Source of the DNA: a virus | Taxonomy: Duplodnaviria; Caudoviricetes | Length of the DNA: 35,126 bases | IMG/VR virus record: IMGVR_UViG_3300036987_000345 | Coordinates: 1-35,126 of that record | Reading direction: 5' to 3' (one strand) | Part shown: positions 1 through 9,798 of the stretch, piece after piece | Position numbering within the stretch: the stretch's first letter is position 1 | How the letters are laid out: each line of letters begins with the position of its first letter | Translations under genes and position numbers: made by a program | Notes under the pieces: model-generated | The model's database searches: none | What the model saw: only the letters and a program-made list of their open reading frames with translations | Told to the model about the DNA's origin: nothing

Positions 1-198
1 AAAGGATCAATTTCCTTTAATTCTCATTTTTACTTCTGAAGTTAGTTGAACTTAATTTATTCCATCAAAAGTGACTTTCTAACTTAAGCATTATAATATG
101 AATAACATCTATCCGGGCGATGGACACAATGTTTTATATTAAATATTGAGTTTATACTGGATTAACGTTTATATTAGTTCTATCATTTAGGAGAAGCT

Positions 199-705
199 AT
201 GAAAAGAGTAGTTTTTATTGCTGTGCTCTAATTATTGTTTTGCAGTGTTTTGTTAGCTCAAACTGTTTACGTAACGAAGACCGGAAAGAAATATCACACC
301 TCAAATTGTTCTTCCCTGAGAAGTTCATCAATACCAATAACTCTATCCGAAGCAAACCAAAAAGGTTATGGACCTTGCAGCAAATGTGATCCACCAATTT
401 ATTCTGAAGGAAATAGTACCAACAATAAAAGCAATTTACTTGATGATTCGAAGCTCAGAGAAAAACTGAACAGTACATCACCAACCTCAAAACAATGTGT
501 AGCCATCACCAAAAAAGGTACTGAATGCAGTAGGAATGCACAAGAAGGATCCGAGTACTGTTGGCAGCACAGTGAATCAAAAACAAAATCTGAGACTAAG
601 AGTTATAATTCCAACTCTTCGGGTAAAACAATTTATACTGGCCCAAGAGGAGGACAATATTATATAAATAAGAATGGAAAGAAGACTTACATTAAGAAAA
701 AATGA
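199..705 (+). pseudogene. Secreted small multi-domain protein (Cys/His metal-binding domain, DUF5763-like CxAxTKKGxxC..YCWQH domain, C-terminal TGPRGG basic adaptor motif) with an in-frame TAA in its signal peptide
   Basis: SD AGGAGA at 189-194 and ATG at 199 give MKRVVFIAVL*LLFCSVLLAQTVYVT, with TAA at 229-231 in frame with the called ORF 235..705. Motifs: YVTKTGKKYH..C..PCSKC, QCVAITKKGTECSR..YCWQH, IYTGPRGGQYYINKNGKKTY. Confidence 0.65.
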
Positions 706-1214
706 AATTAATTTATCGGAATCGTAGGCAAAGACTAAAGAATGGATATAACAGAAAAACTCACTGGACTGATATTGTTAGTATGATTTTTTCTGTATTC
801 TCCTTTCTAGGTGTTTTAGCACTAATTTACCAAATTGATCAAGTTGAAAGAGCGATTAAGGGTGAAACTTATTCTAAAATATATGATCAGGAATTTCAAT
901 TATTTCAGAACTTACTTAATGATACAACTTATTATGATTATTTCTATGAAGGTAAAATCACAATCCCTGGCACAGTACAACATAAAAAAGTAACTGTTTT
1001 AATAGCAATGTTTGCAGATTATATAGAAAATATTTGCTTGCAAAAAGAGAATCTGGATGATGATGTTAAAAGAGCCTGGGAAGAATGGGTTTTTGGAATG
1101 TATGAATCAACACCGATGCTAAGAGAACATTATGACAATTTTCTTGAAAACTATTCAACCTCTTGTCAAAAAATGATAAATATGTTTAAGAAAAAACTGA
1201 ATGAGAAAAAGTAA
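702..1214 (+). CDS. Hypothetical membrane-anchored protein (one N-terminal TM helix plus helical domain)
   Basis: 170-aa ORF with an ATGA-type overlap with the upstream gene; hydrophobic segment IVSMIFSVFSFLGVLALIY. Confidence 0.7.
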   Translation: MKLIYRNRRQRLKNGYNRKTHWTDIVSMIFSVFSFLGVLALIYQIDQVERAIKGETYSKIYDQEFQLFQNLLNDTTYYDYFYEGKITIPGTVQHKKVTVLIAMFADYIENICLQKENLDDDVKRAWEEWVFGMYESTPMLREHYDNFLENYSTSCQKMINMFKKKLNEKK

Positions 1215-1269
1215 ACAGATTGAATTGGGGTTGTGATATTTGTGGCGAGGTCAAAACATAAGAGAAGTG

Positions 1270-1677
1270 CTATCTGCTCATTTTATCAAGTCGTTTTTCT
1301 CTTTCCTGTTTTCTTGAACGAGTACCATAAATAAATGCAGTCACTATGGTAACCAAAGTACCACCACTCAGTAATGGTCCAAATACATCAAATCCCAAAG
1401 TTGCAAGATATATTCCACCTCCAATTCCACTTAATCCAATAATAAAACCAAATATTAATCCTAAATAAGATTTAAATATATCAGCTGCGACTACTTTCGA
1501 TTCCATGTTAATTCTGTGTTGTGTTTGTGCCTCAGCTTGTTTCAAAATTCGATCAGCAGAACCAGGAATTATCTGTTCAAATTTTTCGAGCATACTTGGA
1601 TGGGGCAACGGCCCAGCATATAGCTCTGTCCTTCTGACACTTACTGAATTATTTTGTTTAGATTTGGCCAAACTCAA
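1270..1677 (-). CDS. DUF2335-family predicted membrane protein
   Basis: Signature YAGPLPHPSMLEKFEQIIPGSADRILKQAEAQTQHR followed by two TM helices and a basic tail. Confidence 0.85.
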   Translation of the reverse strand: MSLAKSKQNNSVSVRRTELYAGPLPHPSMLEKFEQIIPGSADRILKQAEAQTQHRINMESKVVAADIFKSYLGLIFGFIIGLSGIGGGIYLATLGFDVFGPLLSGGTLVTIVTAFIYGTRSRKQEREKRLDKMSR

Positions 1678-1900
1678 GTTCGATTTGTTGCCCTTTTATA
1701 TCCAATTTTTTTTCTTCATCCTCAAAGGCAATGACTATATCTTTCCCAATGACTTCCCAATCATTTCTGATAGCTAGGAAATCAGCTTGCTCTGGAGTTA
1801 TACTCTCATTGTATTCGTCAAGAGTTGTTCCGAGATCAATAATCCTTGCAAATCCTTCTATGAAAGAAGGCTTAGCAAATAAAAAAGAAGTATCGCCCAT
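1658..1900 (-). CDS. Small acidic protein, upstream partner of the DUF2335 gene
   Basis: 80 aa, PSFIEGFARIIDL...ADFLAIRNDWEVIGKDI; overlaps the DUF2335 gene by 20 bp. Confidence 0.75.
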   Translation of the reverse strand: MGDTSFLFAKPSFIEGFARIIDLGTTLDEYNESITPEQADFLAIRNDWEVIGKDIVIAFEDEEKKLDIKGQQIELEFGQI

Positions 1901-1946
1901 TATCCGTTTAAGTCCTTATTTTAAATAATATGAATAACCTTGAGAA

Positions 1947-1975
1947 AAATTACTCTAATGTATTTACTTTGTCAA
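1947..1975 (-). promoter_or_regulatory. Putative sigma70-type promoter for the 1900->1270 two-gene unit
   Basis: Minus strand TTGACA (1975-1970), 17-bp spacer, TAATTT (1952-1947). Confidence 0.55.
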
Positions 1976-2221
1976 GCATTGTGTGACAATAACAACAATC
2001 GAAAATATATTCTATTATCGAGAATAATTAGGTAAAATTTAATGACAAAAATACATAATAAATGTTTTTTAAATAATTTTTATTTGAAGCTTTTATAAAC
2101 TTAAATAATTCAAGAGTGCCAATAGACAGTCTTAGAATTGATAATTACTTTTTTGCAACGTAATTACTTGCATTCCTCATTAAAAAGAACAAAATTTAAT
2201 GTATCTATTGGGAGGTACACT

Positions 2222-2515
2222 ATGAGCGTTAAAGCACTTCTTACAATTGATTTTGAAGAAAATGTAACTTTAATTCAACAAGAAATTTTCAATGAAAAAT
2301 TAGAAGACTTACAATGGATAAAAATTCCTGAATTGCACACCGCCTGGGAAGTTTGTTTTAATGATCTCATCTCAAGAAATTTTGCATTGAACACTACAAA
2401 GAAAGATATTTCATTAGCAGCACATCAAGCAAAAATCTCGAGTTATAAAGTTGCGATACAATTTGGTCAGGAATGGCCATTTCGATTTACAGAACATAAT
2501 AAAACTCCGAAATAA
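2222..2515 (+). CDS. Hypothetical 97-aa alpha/beta protein
   Basis: GGAGG at 2210-2214 precedes ATG 2222, which is in frame with the called ORF 2138..2515 and is the more likely start. Confidence 0.65.
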   Translation: MSVKALLTIDFEENVTLIQQEIFNEKLEDLQWIKIPELHTAWEVCFNDLISRNFALNTTKKDISLAAHQAKISSYKVAIQFGQEWPFRFTEHNKTPK

Positions 2516-2687
2516 ATCATTTTCAAAAATATAAAGTCCACGATTTAAACTCTGAAACTTGGAGTAGGCTTAGGATACTTCACAATTATCAACATTTTAC
2601 ATAAATGTTTTGAAAATAAATTACTTTTTTTTATTTTTTTTTAGAAACAATTAAAATTGTTTTGAAGCCTCCCCTACTTATATGCTC

Positions 2688-2721
2688 AACCCGAACATTC
2701 GTGTTCGGGTTATTTTTCTTT
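2688..2721 (+). terminator. Rho-independent terminator
   Basis: Perfect 10-bp stem AACCCGAACA/TGTTCGGGTT, TTCG loop, followed by ATTTTTCTTT. Confidence 0.8.
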
Positions 2722-2922
2722 GTCGATTAAATGGAGCAGGATATTTCTTCAAAAATTGCTTGCTTTTAGGCAATATTTAGATAAGTTAAACTAATGTAAT
2801 TTTGAAAATATTCGAGCAATCGTTAATTTTGAACTGATGATTAAATAAAGCTTTGATGTAAATCCGCTCGAATACCTTCTATTTTACTCAGCACATTTGT
2901 CCACTTTATTTTTATATCTGTT

Positions 2923-3219
2923 ATGAAATGGTTTCACATAAATTTTTCTGACAACGATCTCTATTTACAAAATGACCAAAAATTTGTTCACGATTTTGTT
3001 GGTCTGCTTCACAAATTACAGCATCCTGATAAGCTTGGATTATATGGATTAAAATTTCGTATGAATGAAGGACAGGCCTTTTATGTTTCAGCTCCATTGG
3101 ATCATGCATATAAGGTTAAAGAATTTTTAGCGGCTTTGGATGTTCAAGAAGTATCAAGACCAAACTTGAAAGTTCTAAAACTTGAATTAGGTAAGAATGG
3201 AATTTTAGATCAGGAATAA
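2923..3219 (+). CDS. Hypothetical protein (98 aa)
   Basis: Clean ORF with normal composition, convergent with the minor head gene (3 bp between stops). Confidence 0.7.
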   Translation: MKWFHINFSDNDLYLQNDQKFVHDFVGLLHKLQHPDKLGLYGLKFRMNEGQAFYVSAPLDHAYKVKEFLAALDVQEVSRPNLKVLKLELGKNGILDQE

Positions 3220-3222
3220 TTT

Positions 3223-4173
3223 TTAATTAATCCCTTTTTTGCTTTTCCAATCTTCAAAGTTGGTGTACTCAATTATCTGTTTCGTTTCATTGTCCCTGCG
3301 GAACTGTGGAGGAAAATCTTTGAATCTCATTCCGGTTGTACATCTACAATGAATATCATGCTCAGCAACTCCAGTTAAACCTGGAGCTTCCGTTGTCGTA
3401 CCATCTTCCAAAGTAAAAATCCCATTTTTATCTGCCGGCTGTCCATCCATCTTTGCATGAAGATCTCTTGTGCGATTATCTAAAGTGCTGATCCAATATT
3501 TCTCCTGTTCAAGTCCAAGTCTTTCTGCAGCTGCTTGAGATTTTTCATAAGCAAGCAAACCACCGGCACTTTGAACACGATGTCCTTCGGTTCTAACAAT
3601 ACGAATTACTTTTCCCGCATTGATTCCGCTCTTGTTTATAATCCGTTTTGCTATTTTTCCGTAACCGTCTCCCTGGATAAGTCCCTGAGTCAACTCTGAT
3701 TGGATCTGCTTTACAAATTGCTGCGAGTGGTCCTTCATTCTATCTGTCCACTTTATACGATCCAAAGAATTAAGTACACTGGCTTTTATTACATCTGGAT
3801 TTAATAGGCCAAAGCCCAGCTTGGCACCGAGTGACTGCTCGAATGCAAAACCAACTCTATAATATTGCTCTGCGTAAATATCTTTTAAAGTTGAAGTGGT
3901 TGTTTTGATAGTTTCATTAGTTAGCTTTTTAATTTCCTCAGCGATTTGTAATTCAAGATTCGTTAATCTGTTGTAAGATACCAAATCAGAATATTGAACA
4001 TCGTCAGCATACTTCTCATAAATAGCGGCAATCTTTTTTTTGATTTCAGACAGACCACGTTTGTACGCTTTAAGTAATTCACGCTCGTGTCGTGATATTA
4101 ACTTCTCAGCATTCGTGTCAGCTTTCTTTAATAATTCAGCGAGCCGTTCATTTATTTGATCTGCTCGCTTCAC
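3223..4173 (-). CDS. Phage minor head / head morphogenesis protein (SPP1 gp7 / Mu F family)
   Basis: RIVRTE, KYWISTLDNRTRDLH..MDGQ and HDIHCRC motifs; directly follows the portal gene. Confidence 0.92.
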   Translation of the reverse strand: MKRADQINERLAELLKKADTNAEKLISRHERELLKAYKRGLSEIKKKIAAIYEKYADDVQYSDLVSYNRLTNLELQIAEEIKKLTNETIKTTTSTLKDIYAEQYYRVGFAFEQSLGAKLGFGLLNPDVIKASVLNSLDRIKWTDRMKDHSQQFVKQIQSELTQGLIQGDGYGKIAKRIINKSGINAGKVIRIVRTEGHRVQSAGGLLAYEKSQAAAERLGLEQEKYWISTLDNRTRDLHAKMDGQPADKNGIFTLEDGTTTEAPGLTGVAEHDIHCRCTTGMRFKDFPPQFRRDNETKQIIEYTNFEDWKSKKGIN

Positions 4174-5618
4174 TCCTCAGTATCTCCATCGGCATTAAAA
4201 TCAATCGGCTCACCAACTTCATCCTCCAGCTGCTTCATTTCCGCATCAACATCCTTAACCCAGGGGTGATTAGAGAGTGCTGTTTTTCTTGATGTGATAC
4301 CCAGAGAATTTTTAACGCTTGTAATTTTCTCACTCTCGTTAATAATTAAATGCTTCTTAAATACGGGCTCAACAGAATCCGGTTTGTAATCTAAACGTTT
4401 TGTTATTTTATAGTAGTCAGCAAGGAAAGACATAAACTCGTGAACTGCTAAAGTTGCCTCGGCAATTGCAATGTTGCTTTTTATATCCAGCCCGGCATAC
4501 ATATACTCAAGCGCAATACCTGAAGGTGAAAGACCGGCACTATCAATCTTCGGATTTACTCCGAAACCAAAAACATAAATGTTGTCTTCAATTCTATCTA
4601 GGTGAGAGTCGTGCGCTTCTTTCGGAATATCTGTTGACTTCGGTTCAACCCCTCCATCTTTATTAACCTTGATAGCATTGTATGTATTTAGATTAACCAT
4701 AAACTCAGAGAGCTTTGTGCCTTCATAACCCTTAAGAACCCAGATTGCTTTTGTAATATCAGCAAGATTATTACTGAAAGAACTTAAATTAAAATCATAG
4801 TTATCGATTAGTGATTTTGTGAACTTCAAATCTGAAATCGATTCTTCATTATTTCTCAACTCAATAAATGGAACTCTTCCCCACCCTTTACCGATTTGCT
4901 CATCAGGAAATAATTTATTCCATCTGTAAATATGAAACCGTGGGTTTGGATCGTAGTCAGTGTCTGGAATATACTGACCACCCGGAGTTTCAACTAAGTA
5001 GTAAACTTTTTCGCTGTCATAAATTTCAACTTTGTTCAAGATTATTTTTGGACTTTTATAATCTGTCTGATATACAATCGGGTAATAACGAATTATGCCT
5101 GTTAGTGTTTCATTAAACTGTGTATCATAAACGGGAATGATTTGTTCACCAGGAGTGATTGCATAATCAAACTCACCTTTATCATTTATATAAATGTAAA
5201 GATATTCTTTACCCTTATTGCTGGAACCTCGCAGCCACTTCTGAAACATTTTATTAAACCAGAAAGTAAGATTATCATTTATAAGTTTCACAAATTGTTC
5301 ATCCTGGCCTTTAAAAGTAACCGGGTGTCCGGCAATGTAACCGACTTTCTGTTCAACTAAATATCTGTGGTACGCATTAAGAATTTTATTATTTGTTTTA
5401 TTCTTATTTTGGTGTGAAACTCCATCAACATAAAATGTTCTAAAGTCGTGCTTCAAAATATCGTGCTTGCCGGTGTGATAATTTATTCCATCAATCATAT
5501 CCTGAGTAACGTCGCTTTCTTTGTGCTCACGGATTAAAGTTTTGATTATATCTGAGATCTGATAATTCTTAATATTATCAAGTTTCATTTTTACAAGGTC
5601 GGTCTGGGTTAAATACAT
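4170..5618 (-). CDS. Phage portal protein, SPP1 gp6-like
   Basis: 482 aa; NNKI..LVEQKVGYIAGHPV, WGRVPFIELRNNE..SDL..KSLIDNYD, SGIALEYMY..L..K; follows the terminase. Confidence 0.93.
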   Translation of the reverse strand: MYLTQTDLVKMKLDNIKNYQISDIIKTLIREHKESDVTQDMIDGINYHTGKHDILKHDFRTFYVDGVSHQNKNKTNNKILNAYHRYLVEQKVGYIAGHPVTFKGQDEQFVKLINDNLTFWFNKMFQKWLRGSSNKGKEYLYIYINDKGEFDYAITPGEQIIPVYDTQFNETLTGIIRYYPIVYQTDYKSPKIILNKVEIYDSEKVYYLVETPGGQYIPDTDYDPNPRFHIYRWNKLFPDEQIGKGWGRVPFIELRNNEESISDLKFTKSLIDNYDFNLSSFSNNLADITKAIWVLKGYEGTKLSEFMVNLNTYNAIKVNKDGGVEPKSTDIPKEAHDSHLDRIEDNIYVFGFGVNPKIDSAGLSPSGIALEYMYAGLDIKSNIAIAEATLAVHEFMSFLADYYKITKRLDYKPDSVEPVFKKHLIINESEKITSVKNSLGITSRKTALSNHPWVKDVDAEMKQLEDEVGEPIDFNADGDTEE

Positions 5619-5630
5619 TTCGCTAACTCC

Positions 5631-7181
5631 TTACGTTAAAAATTCAATTGGGTTGCTTCTTAGTTTCCGTCTCCAGTTCCAGTAAACAAATGAATCTCCT
5701 TTGTTAGGAGATCTTCCGAGACGTTTTTTAATTTCTTCTTTACTCTCAACAATTATTTTTCCATTCTTAACTGAAAACTTTGGAGCTGTCAGATCAGCAA
5801 TTAAATCTTCATCGTTAATCATCTCAAGATCATCGTTTCGTAAATCCTCTCTTGCTTGCCACCACATCTGCGAACGCAAATTATTAAACTGTTCCATATT
5901 GCCAGTGTCTTCTGGTTGAGCAGCTCCCTGAAGATTAACTCCGCTGTCAGTAATTCCATATTCTTTTAGAGTGTTTATTGTGCCGGCACCAACACCCACT
6001 CCGTCAACTCCTAAATGTTTAATATTAATTTTATCCTGTTGGATAAGTAAGTAAACCTGATGTCCTAATTGATTTGAATCCGGACATTGAAAGTCTTCCG
6101 ACTTAAAACATACATTTCCTTTTCCGTGACAAAAAGATGCCTTATCCCCGAACTCACTATTTGCAACATCCACTCCAAGTCCATGATCACCAGAAATTTT
6201 TTCAAGAATAATTTTTTTCTTTTCGTCCAGATACTTTTCAAAACGCTCGATCGCTCTTTCAATCCACTCACGTCTGATCAGAGCATCAGCAGCTTGAGCA
6301 GGAGAAATTCCACGTGTTCGGGAAAGTGTAAGACTTGTGCCCTCTCCAAACTTCGAGATAATTCTTTGCAATCCAACCCGGCTGCAAGCACCAGGAATGA
6401 AACTCGGATTGTTTAGCACTACATTTGGATGATCGTAAGCGGAGATCCTCACGTGAACAACATTATCCTGCATACAAAATTTATGAAGATTATCTTGTTG
6501 GTTATCCGGATTTCCGAACGCAAGAATTATATTGTGCGGTGATGTTGATGTATTCTGTAGAGCTGCAATTGTCGGTGATGGAACTCCGGGAGTTTCTTCA
6601 AGTATGATAAGCATATGCTCTGCGTGAAATCCCTGAGCCTTGGTAGCGGATTCTTCAGTTGCAGCAACACCGGCAACAAAAGCCTCAGCTTTGTATTTAC
6701 TCATTGGATCGTCTGACATTCTCAATTCACCTGAGGCAAGCAGAGAACCTTTGTTAAACATTGGATAGAGTCCAGAAATTTCAGCCCAGATCTGTGAGAA
6801 CAGCTGATCAGCTTTCGGAGCTGTGGTTATCACTCGGCTGTTTTCAAAGTTATCAAGAAACCACAAAACAACGCACGCTCCAAAAAATGTTTTGCCCGGG
6901 CCGGTCGCGCTTTCAACTCCGCACCACTTTTCATTTACAAGTGCATCCAGTACAACCATAAACGGATTTGGTGTTCCATCCCATTTGTGGTTTGCATACT
7001 CTGGGATTAGCATCCAATCAATCGACTCAGGTTTTATTCCAAGACGATCAACTAAATATTGAAATGGATTTTTTTGATAGAAAGCTCTTTGTGTAGCAAA
7101 ATTTTTTAATCGTTCAGACCTTCTTTTTCTCAATTCCATCTCGGCAGCTGCAGCAACTTGTATAGAGTTCTGAAACATCAC
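5631..7181 (-). CDS. Terminase large subunit
   Basis: Walker A SATGPGKT, Walker B LIILEE, GNP coupling motif, nuclease residues GVDVA, VDGVGVGAG, F.NLRSQMWW, RLGRSPNKGDS. Confidence 0.93.
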   Translation of the reverse strand: MMFQNSIQVAAAAEMELRKRRSERLKNFATQRAFYQKNPFQYLVDRLGIKPESIDWMLIPEYANHKWDGTPNPFMVVLDALVNEKWCGVESATGPGKTFFGACVVLWFLDNFENSRVITTAPKADQLFSQIWAEISGLYPMFNKGSLLASGELRMSDDPMSKYKAEAFVAGVAATEESATKAQGFHAEHMLIILEETPGVPSPTIAALQNTSTSPHNIILAFGNPDNQQDNLHKFCMQDNVVHVRISAYDHPNVVLNNPSFIPGACSRVGLQRIISKFGEGTSLTLSRTRGISPAQAADALIRREWIERAIERFEKYLDEKKKIILEKISGDHGLGVDVANSEFGDKASFCHGKGNVCFKSEDFQCPDSNQLGHQVYLLIQQDKINIKHLGVDGVGVGAGTINTLKEYGITDSGVNLQGAAQPEDTGNMEQFNNLRSQMWWQAREDLRNDDLEMINDEDLIADLTAPKFSVKNGKIIVESKEEIKKRLGRSPNKGDSFVYWNWRRKLRSNPIEFLT

Positions 7182-7714
7182 TCACCCTTCACGGCTTTTG
7201 GATCCATTAAAACATCTTCAATTTTATCTCCACGTTTCAGCCGCTCAAGTCCATACTCAGTGAACTTACTCATATCAACATTTTTAATTGTCATCTCCCC
7301 TTTTGTTTCATCAACATAAAGCCCGAACAGTTTATCTCTGTCCTTCACAATTTCAAGAGCTAATTTGTAATCAGGTTTTTCTAAAACTTTGTTATCCTTT
7401 TTAGTCCCCTTAGCTTTTTGAAAAAGAAATTCACGATCTTGGATAGCACGAACGAAAGCTTTCTTTTTATCCGAGACTCCAATTCTTCTTATTTCTTTTT
7501 TTGCTTCGCTTACATAATACTTAGCCTGTCGCTCCTGGAGTGAAAAGTTTTTCATTACAATTTGAGCAAGCTCGCCACTTCTCTTTGCATGCATATATCT
7601 TGCATTCTCAAGAATCAAAGTAACAACGCTGTCAATCCTAGCCCAAACAATATCGGAATGCTCTCTACTTGTCTTAACAGGCTCACCCATATCGTTTTTA
7701 ATTATTGCTGGCAT
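7178..7714 (-). CDS. Probable terminase small subunit
   Basis: Immediately upstream of and overlapping TerL; N-terminal HTH-like region and a C-terminal ALE..K..KLFGLY motif. Confidence 0.7.
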   Translation of the reverse strand: MPAIIKNDMGEPVKTSREHSDIVWARIDSVVTLILENARYMHAKRSGELAQIVMKNFSLQERQAKYYVSEAKKEIRRIGVSDKKKAFVRAIQDREFLFQKAKGTKKDNKVLEKPDYKLALEIVKDRDKLFGLYVDETKGEMTIKNVDMSKFTEYGLERLKRGDKIEDVLMDPKAVKGE

Positions 7715-7715
7715 A

Positions 7716-9227
7716 CTATCGACTTATCTCAAAAAATAAATCGTTCGCTTTAATTGTATTCTCCATTTGCTCACCCTGGAATTTGTTTACTAAGTGATCG
7801 CCCTTTCCAATCTTATAATCAAATAGCTCCTTAACTTTTAAGTTAAGTTTTTCACAAATCGAATTAACTACCAGATCAAATCGGTACTGGCTGCCACCGA
7901 TATTAATCACGAAACATTTACCCGGCTTGAGAGCTTTCATTGTTTTTGAAATAAGAGCTGTCAGAAATTTTTCGTTAAACTCTTCAATCGTTTTGTATCG
8001 ATTGAATGCTTGAGTTTTTTCATTTGAATAAATTTCTGTGTCAAAGTATGGCGGAGAAGTAAATGCAAAATCAAAGTAAGAGTTCTTTAATTTCAGATCC
8101 TCAAAAGGTTGATCAAATAAATTGATTTCAGGTTTTTCAATATTGCTCGCACTCAAAATAAATTCCTTCAACTTCAAAAGACCCTTAAAAGTTTTAGTCG
8201 ATGGATCGGTTGCAAAGTATTCTCCAGCAAAACCAGTTGAAGCAAAGCCGAGCATTCTGCCGCCCCAACCAGCACACGGATCAAGAACCTTTGCGCCTTC
8301 AGTACAATAATCTTTGTAAATGTCTCTAGCCAAATATGGTTTAAACTCGTGAGCAATCTGTGTCCCGGTGTTGGCCTTAGCAATGTCAATGTAAAGTCGA
8401 TGATGGACAACATCCTGCTGCTTACTCATCCACTGTGATATTGATGAAAGAAATCCTTTATCTTTATGAACAAAAGATTCCACTACTGAATGCTTACGTT
8501 TATTCACTCTCGTTTCAAGTCGGTGCGGATTAAATAAAAGAGAAATATCACTCCCAACATTCTTATTGCCTGAACAAAGTTTATTGAAATGATGCATCGC
8601 AAGCGGAAGATCTATAACACCGTCAATAATTTCTTGAGTCGTTTTGAATGAAGGAAAGTTATCCTTGATCGATTGTTTTATTTGTTCCTGGGTGAAAACA
8701 AATTTGTATTCTCGTTCGACTTCTTCCTCATCTTCAGAAGTAAGATAGGTTTGCTCAAATCCTACCAGGTCAATATTTGGAAGCTCGAGTGAATCTTTCA
8801 TCTCTGCAAAGTTTAACTCAAACCCGGGTTCAAACAAATACGAGTAAAGCCCTTCTTCTGTTATCGTTCCATAGCTGCTGTTAACAGCAAGAAGTTTTTC
8901 TTTAGCTTCAACTTTATTTTTTGCATCGATAAAAATACACGGGAGAGTAGTGTTAACACTTCCATTCTTATGTCTGAATTTGAATCCTTCCTTCACAAGT
9001 TCTTTGCTTACGAAGTCACGACCATGTCCATCAAGTGTGTAATTAATTTCCTTATCCTGCCAAACATAAATCGGAAATGAAAATCCATACTTCAAAATCA
9101 TTGATCTGAGGTTTTGCAATTGTTCCCTTGTCCGGCTTTTTAAATTTCCCTGGATCGGTTGAAGGTTGTCAACTTCGATTTGATGTGTTGATGTACAAGT
9201 AACTGGAATAACTTTTTTCTTACTCAT
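7716..9227 (-). CDS. ParB/Srx-like N-terminal domain fused to an amino (N6-A/N4-C) DNA methyltransferase
   Basis: N-terminal LQPIQGN..SMILKYGFSFPIYV..LDGHGR; C-terminal VLDPCAGWGGR (SAM binding) and FTSPPYF (catalytic). Confidence 0.85.
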   Translation of the reverse strand: MSKKKVIPVTCTSTHQIEVDNLQPIQGNLKSRTREQLQNLRSMILKYGFSFPIYVWQDKEINYTLDGHGRDFVSKELVKEGFKFRHKNGSVNTTLPCIFIDAKNKVEAKEKLLAVNSSYGTITEEGLYSYLFEPGFELNFAEMKDSLELPNIDLVGFEQTYLTSEDEEEVEREYKFVFTQEQIKQSIKDNFPSFKTTQEIIDGVIDLPLAMHHFNKLCSGNKNVGSDISLLFNPHRLETRVNKRKHSVVESFVHKDKGFLSSISQWMSKQQDVVHHRLYIDIAKANTGTQIAHEFKPYLARDIYKDYCTEGAKVLDPCAGWGGRMLGFASTGFAGEYFATDPSTKTFKGLLKLKEFILSASNIEKPEINLFDQPFEDLKLKNSYFDFAFTSPPYFDTEIYSNEKTQAFNRYKTIEEFNEKFLTALISKTMKALKPGKCFVINIGGSQYRFDLVVNSICEKLNLKVKELFDYKIGKGDHLVNKFQGEQMENTIKANDLFFEISR

Positions 9228-9466
9228 TTCTTTTTTCCGTATAAGATGAATTCAATGCTTTTAGGATGTCTGAAATACTTGGCAGCGGTGCGCTCAACAA
9301 AATCTTTGTTTGCTTCTCCATTTTGTTTACTATCAATCCATTCTTTTCTAATCATTGCGTTTCTTAGTTCGATGTCGTTAATAATCCCATACTTGTTGAA
9401 GACGTTTAAAATGTCCACGACAAACTCAGGATCTGTAAAAACGTTATGTGTTTCTTTTGCATCCAC
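9224..9466 (-). CDS. Small HTH protein, Mor/late-activator-like
   Basis: ELRNAMIRKEW...TAAKYFRHPKSIEFIL pattern; located just before the packaging genes. Confidence 0.5.
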   Translation of the reverse strand: MDAKETHNVFTDPEFVVDILNVFNKYGIINDIELRNAMIRKEWIDSKQNGEANKDFVERTAAKYFRHPKSIEFILYGKKK

Positions 9467-9519
9467 TTTTCACAGCCCAATAATAATTTTTGAATAAATT
9501 AACAGCATCCTAAAATTTG

Positions 9520-9798
9520 TTAGGATTTAACACCAATTACTTTAAGCGCATCCTCAACACTTTCCACAACGTGAACATTTTCACCCTTCCAGAATTCCTG
9601 AAAGATGATCTGTGATGTTCTCAACTGCCCACGAGCATCCGGGTTTTTAATTTCGATCTTAAAATCTTTTTTGCAGAAGCCAACAACCAGATCCGGAAAG
9701 CCACCACCCACCATTGAAGTATCTGTAACAGTTGCACCAACAGCTTTAAGTGTTCTTACTATCTCGGCTTGGTTGTTATCAGTGCGATGCGCCATCAA
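9520..9798 (-). CDS. VRR-NUC-like PD-(D/E)XK nuclease (putative junction resolvase)
   Basis: RTDNNQAEIV..L..VGA, GFPDLVVG, IEIK, L..SQ..F...W. Confidence 0.8.
   Translation of the reverse strand: MMAHRTDNNQAEIVRTLKAVGATVTDTSMVGGGFPDLVVGFCKKDFKIEIKNPDARGQLRTSQIIFQEFWKGENVHVVESVEDALKVIGVKS

Noticed and set aside
229-231. Stop-codon reassignment (alternative genetic code)
   Set aside because: A single in-frame TAA; TAA, TAG and TGA all terminate other genes normally, and long genes are uninterrupted.
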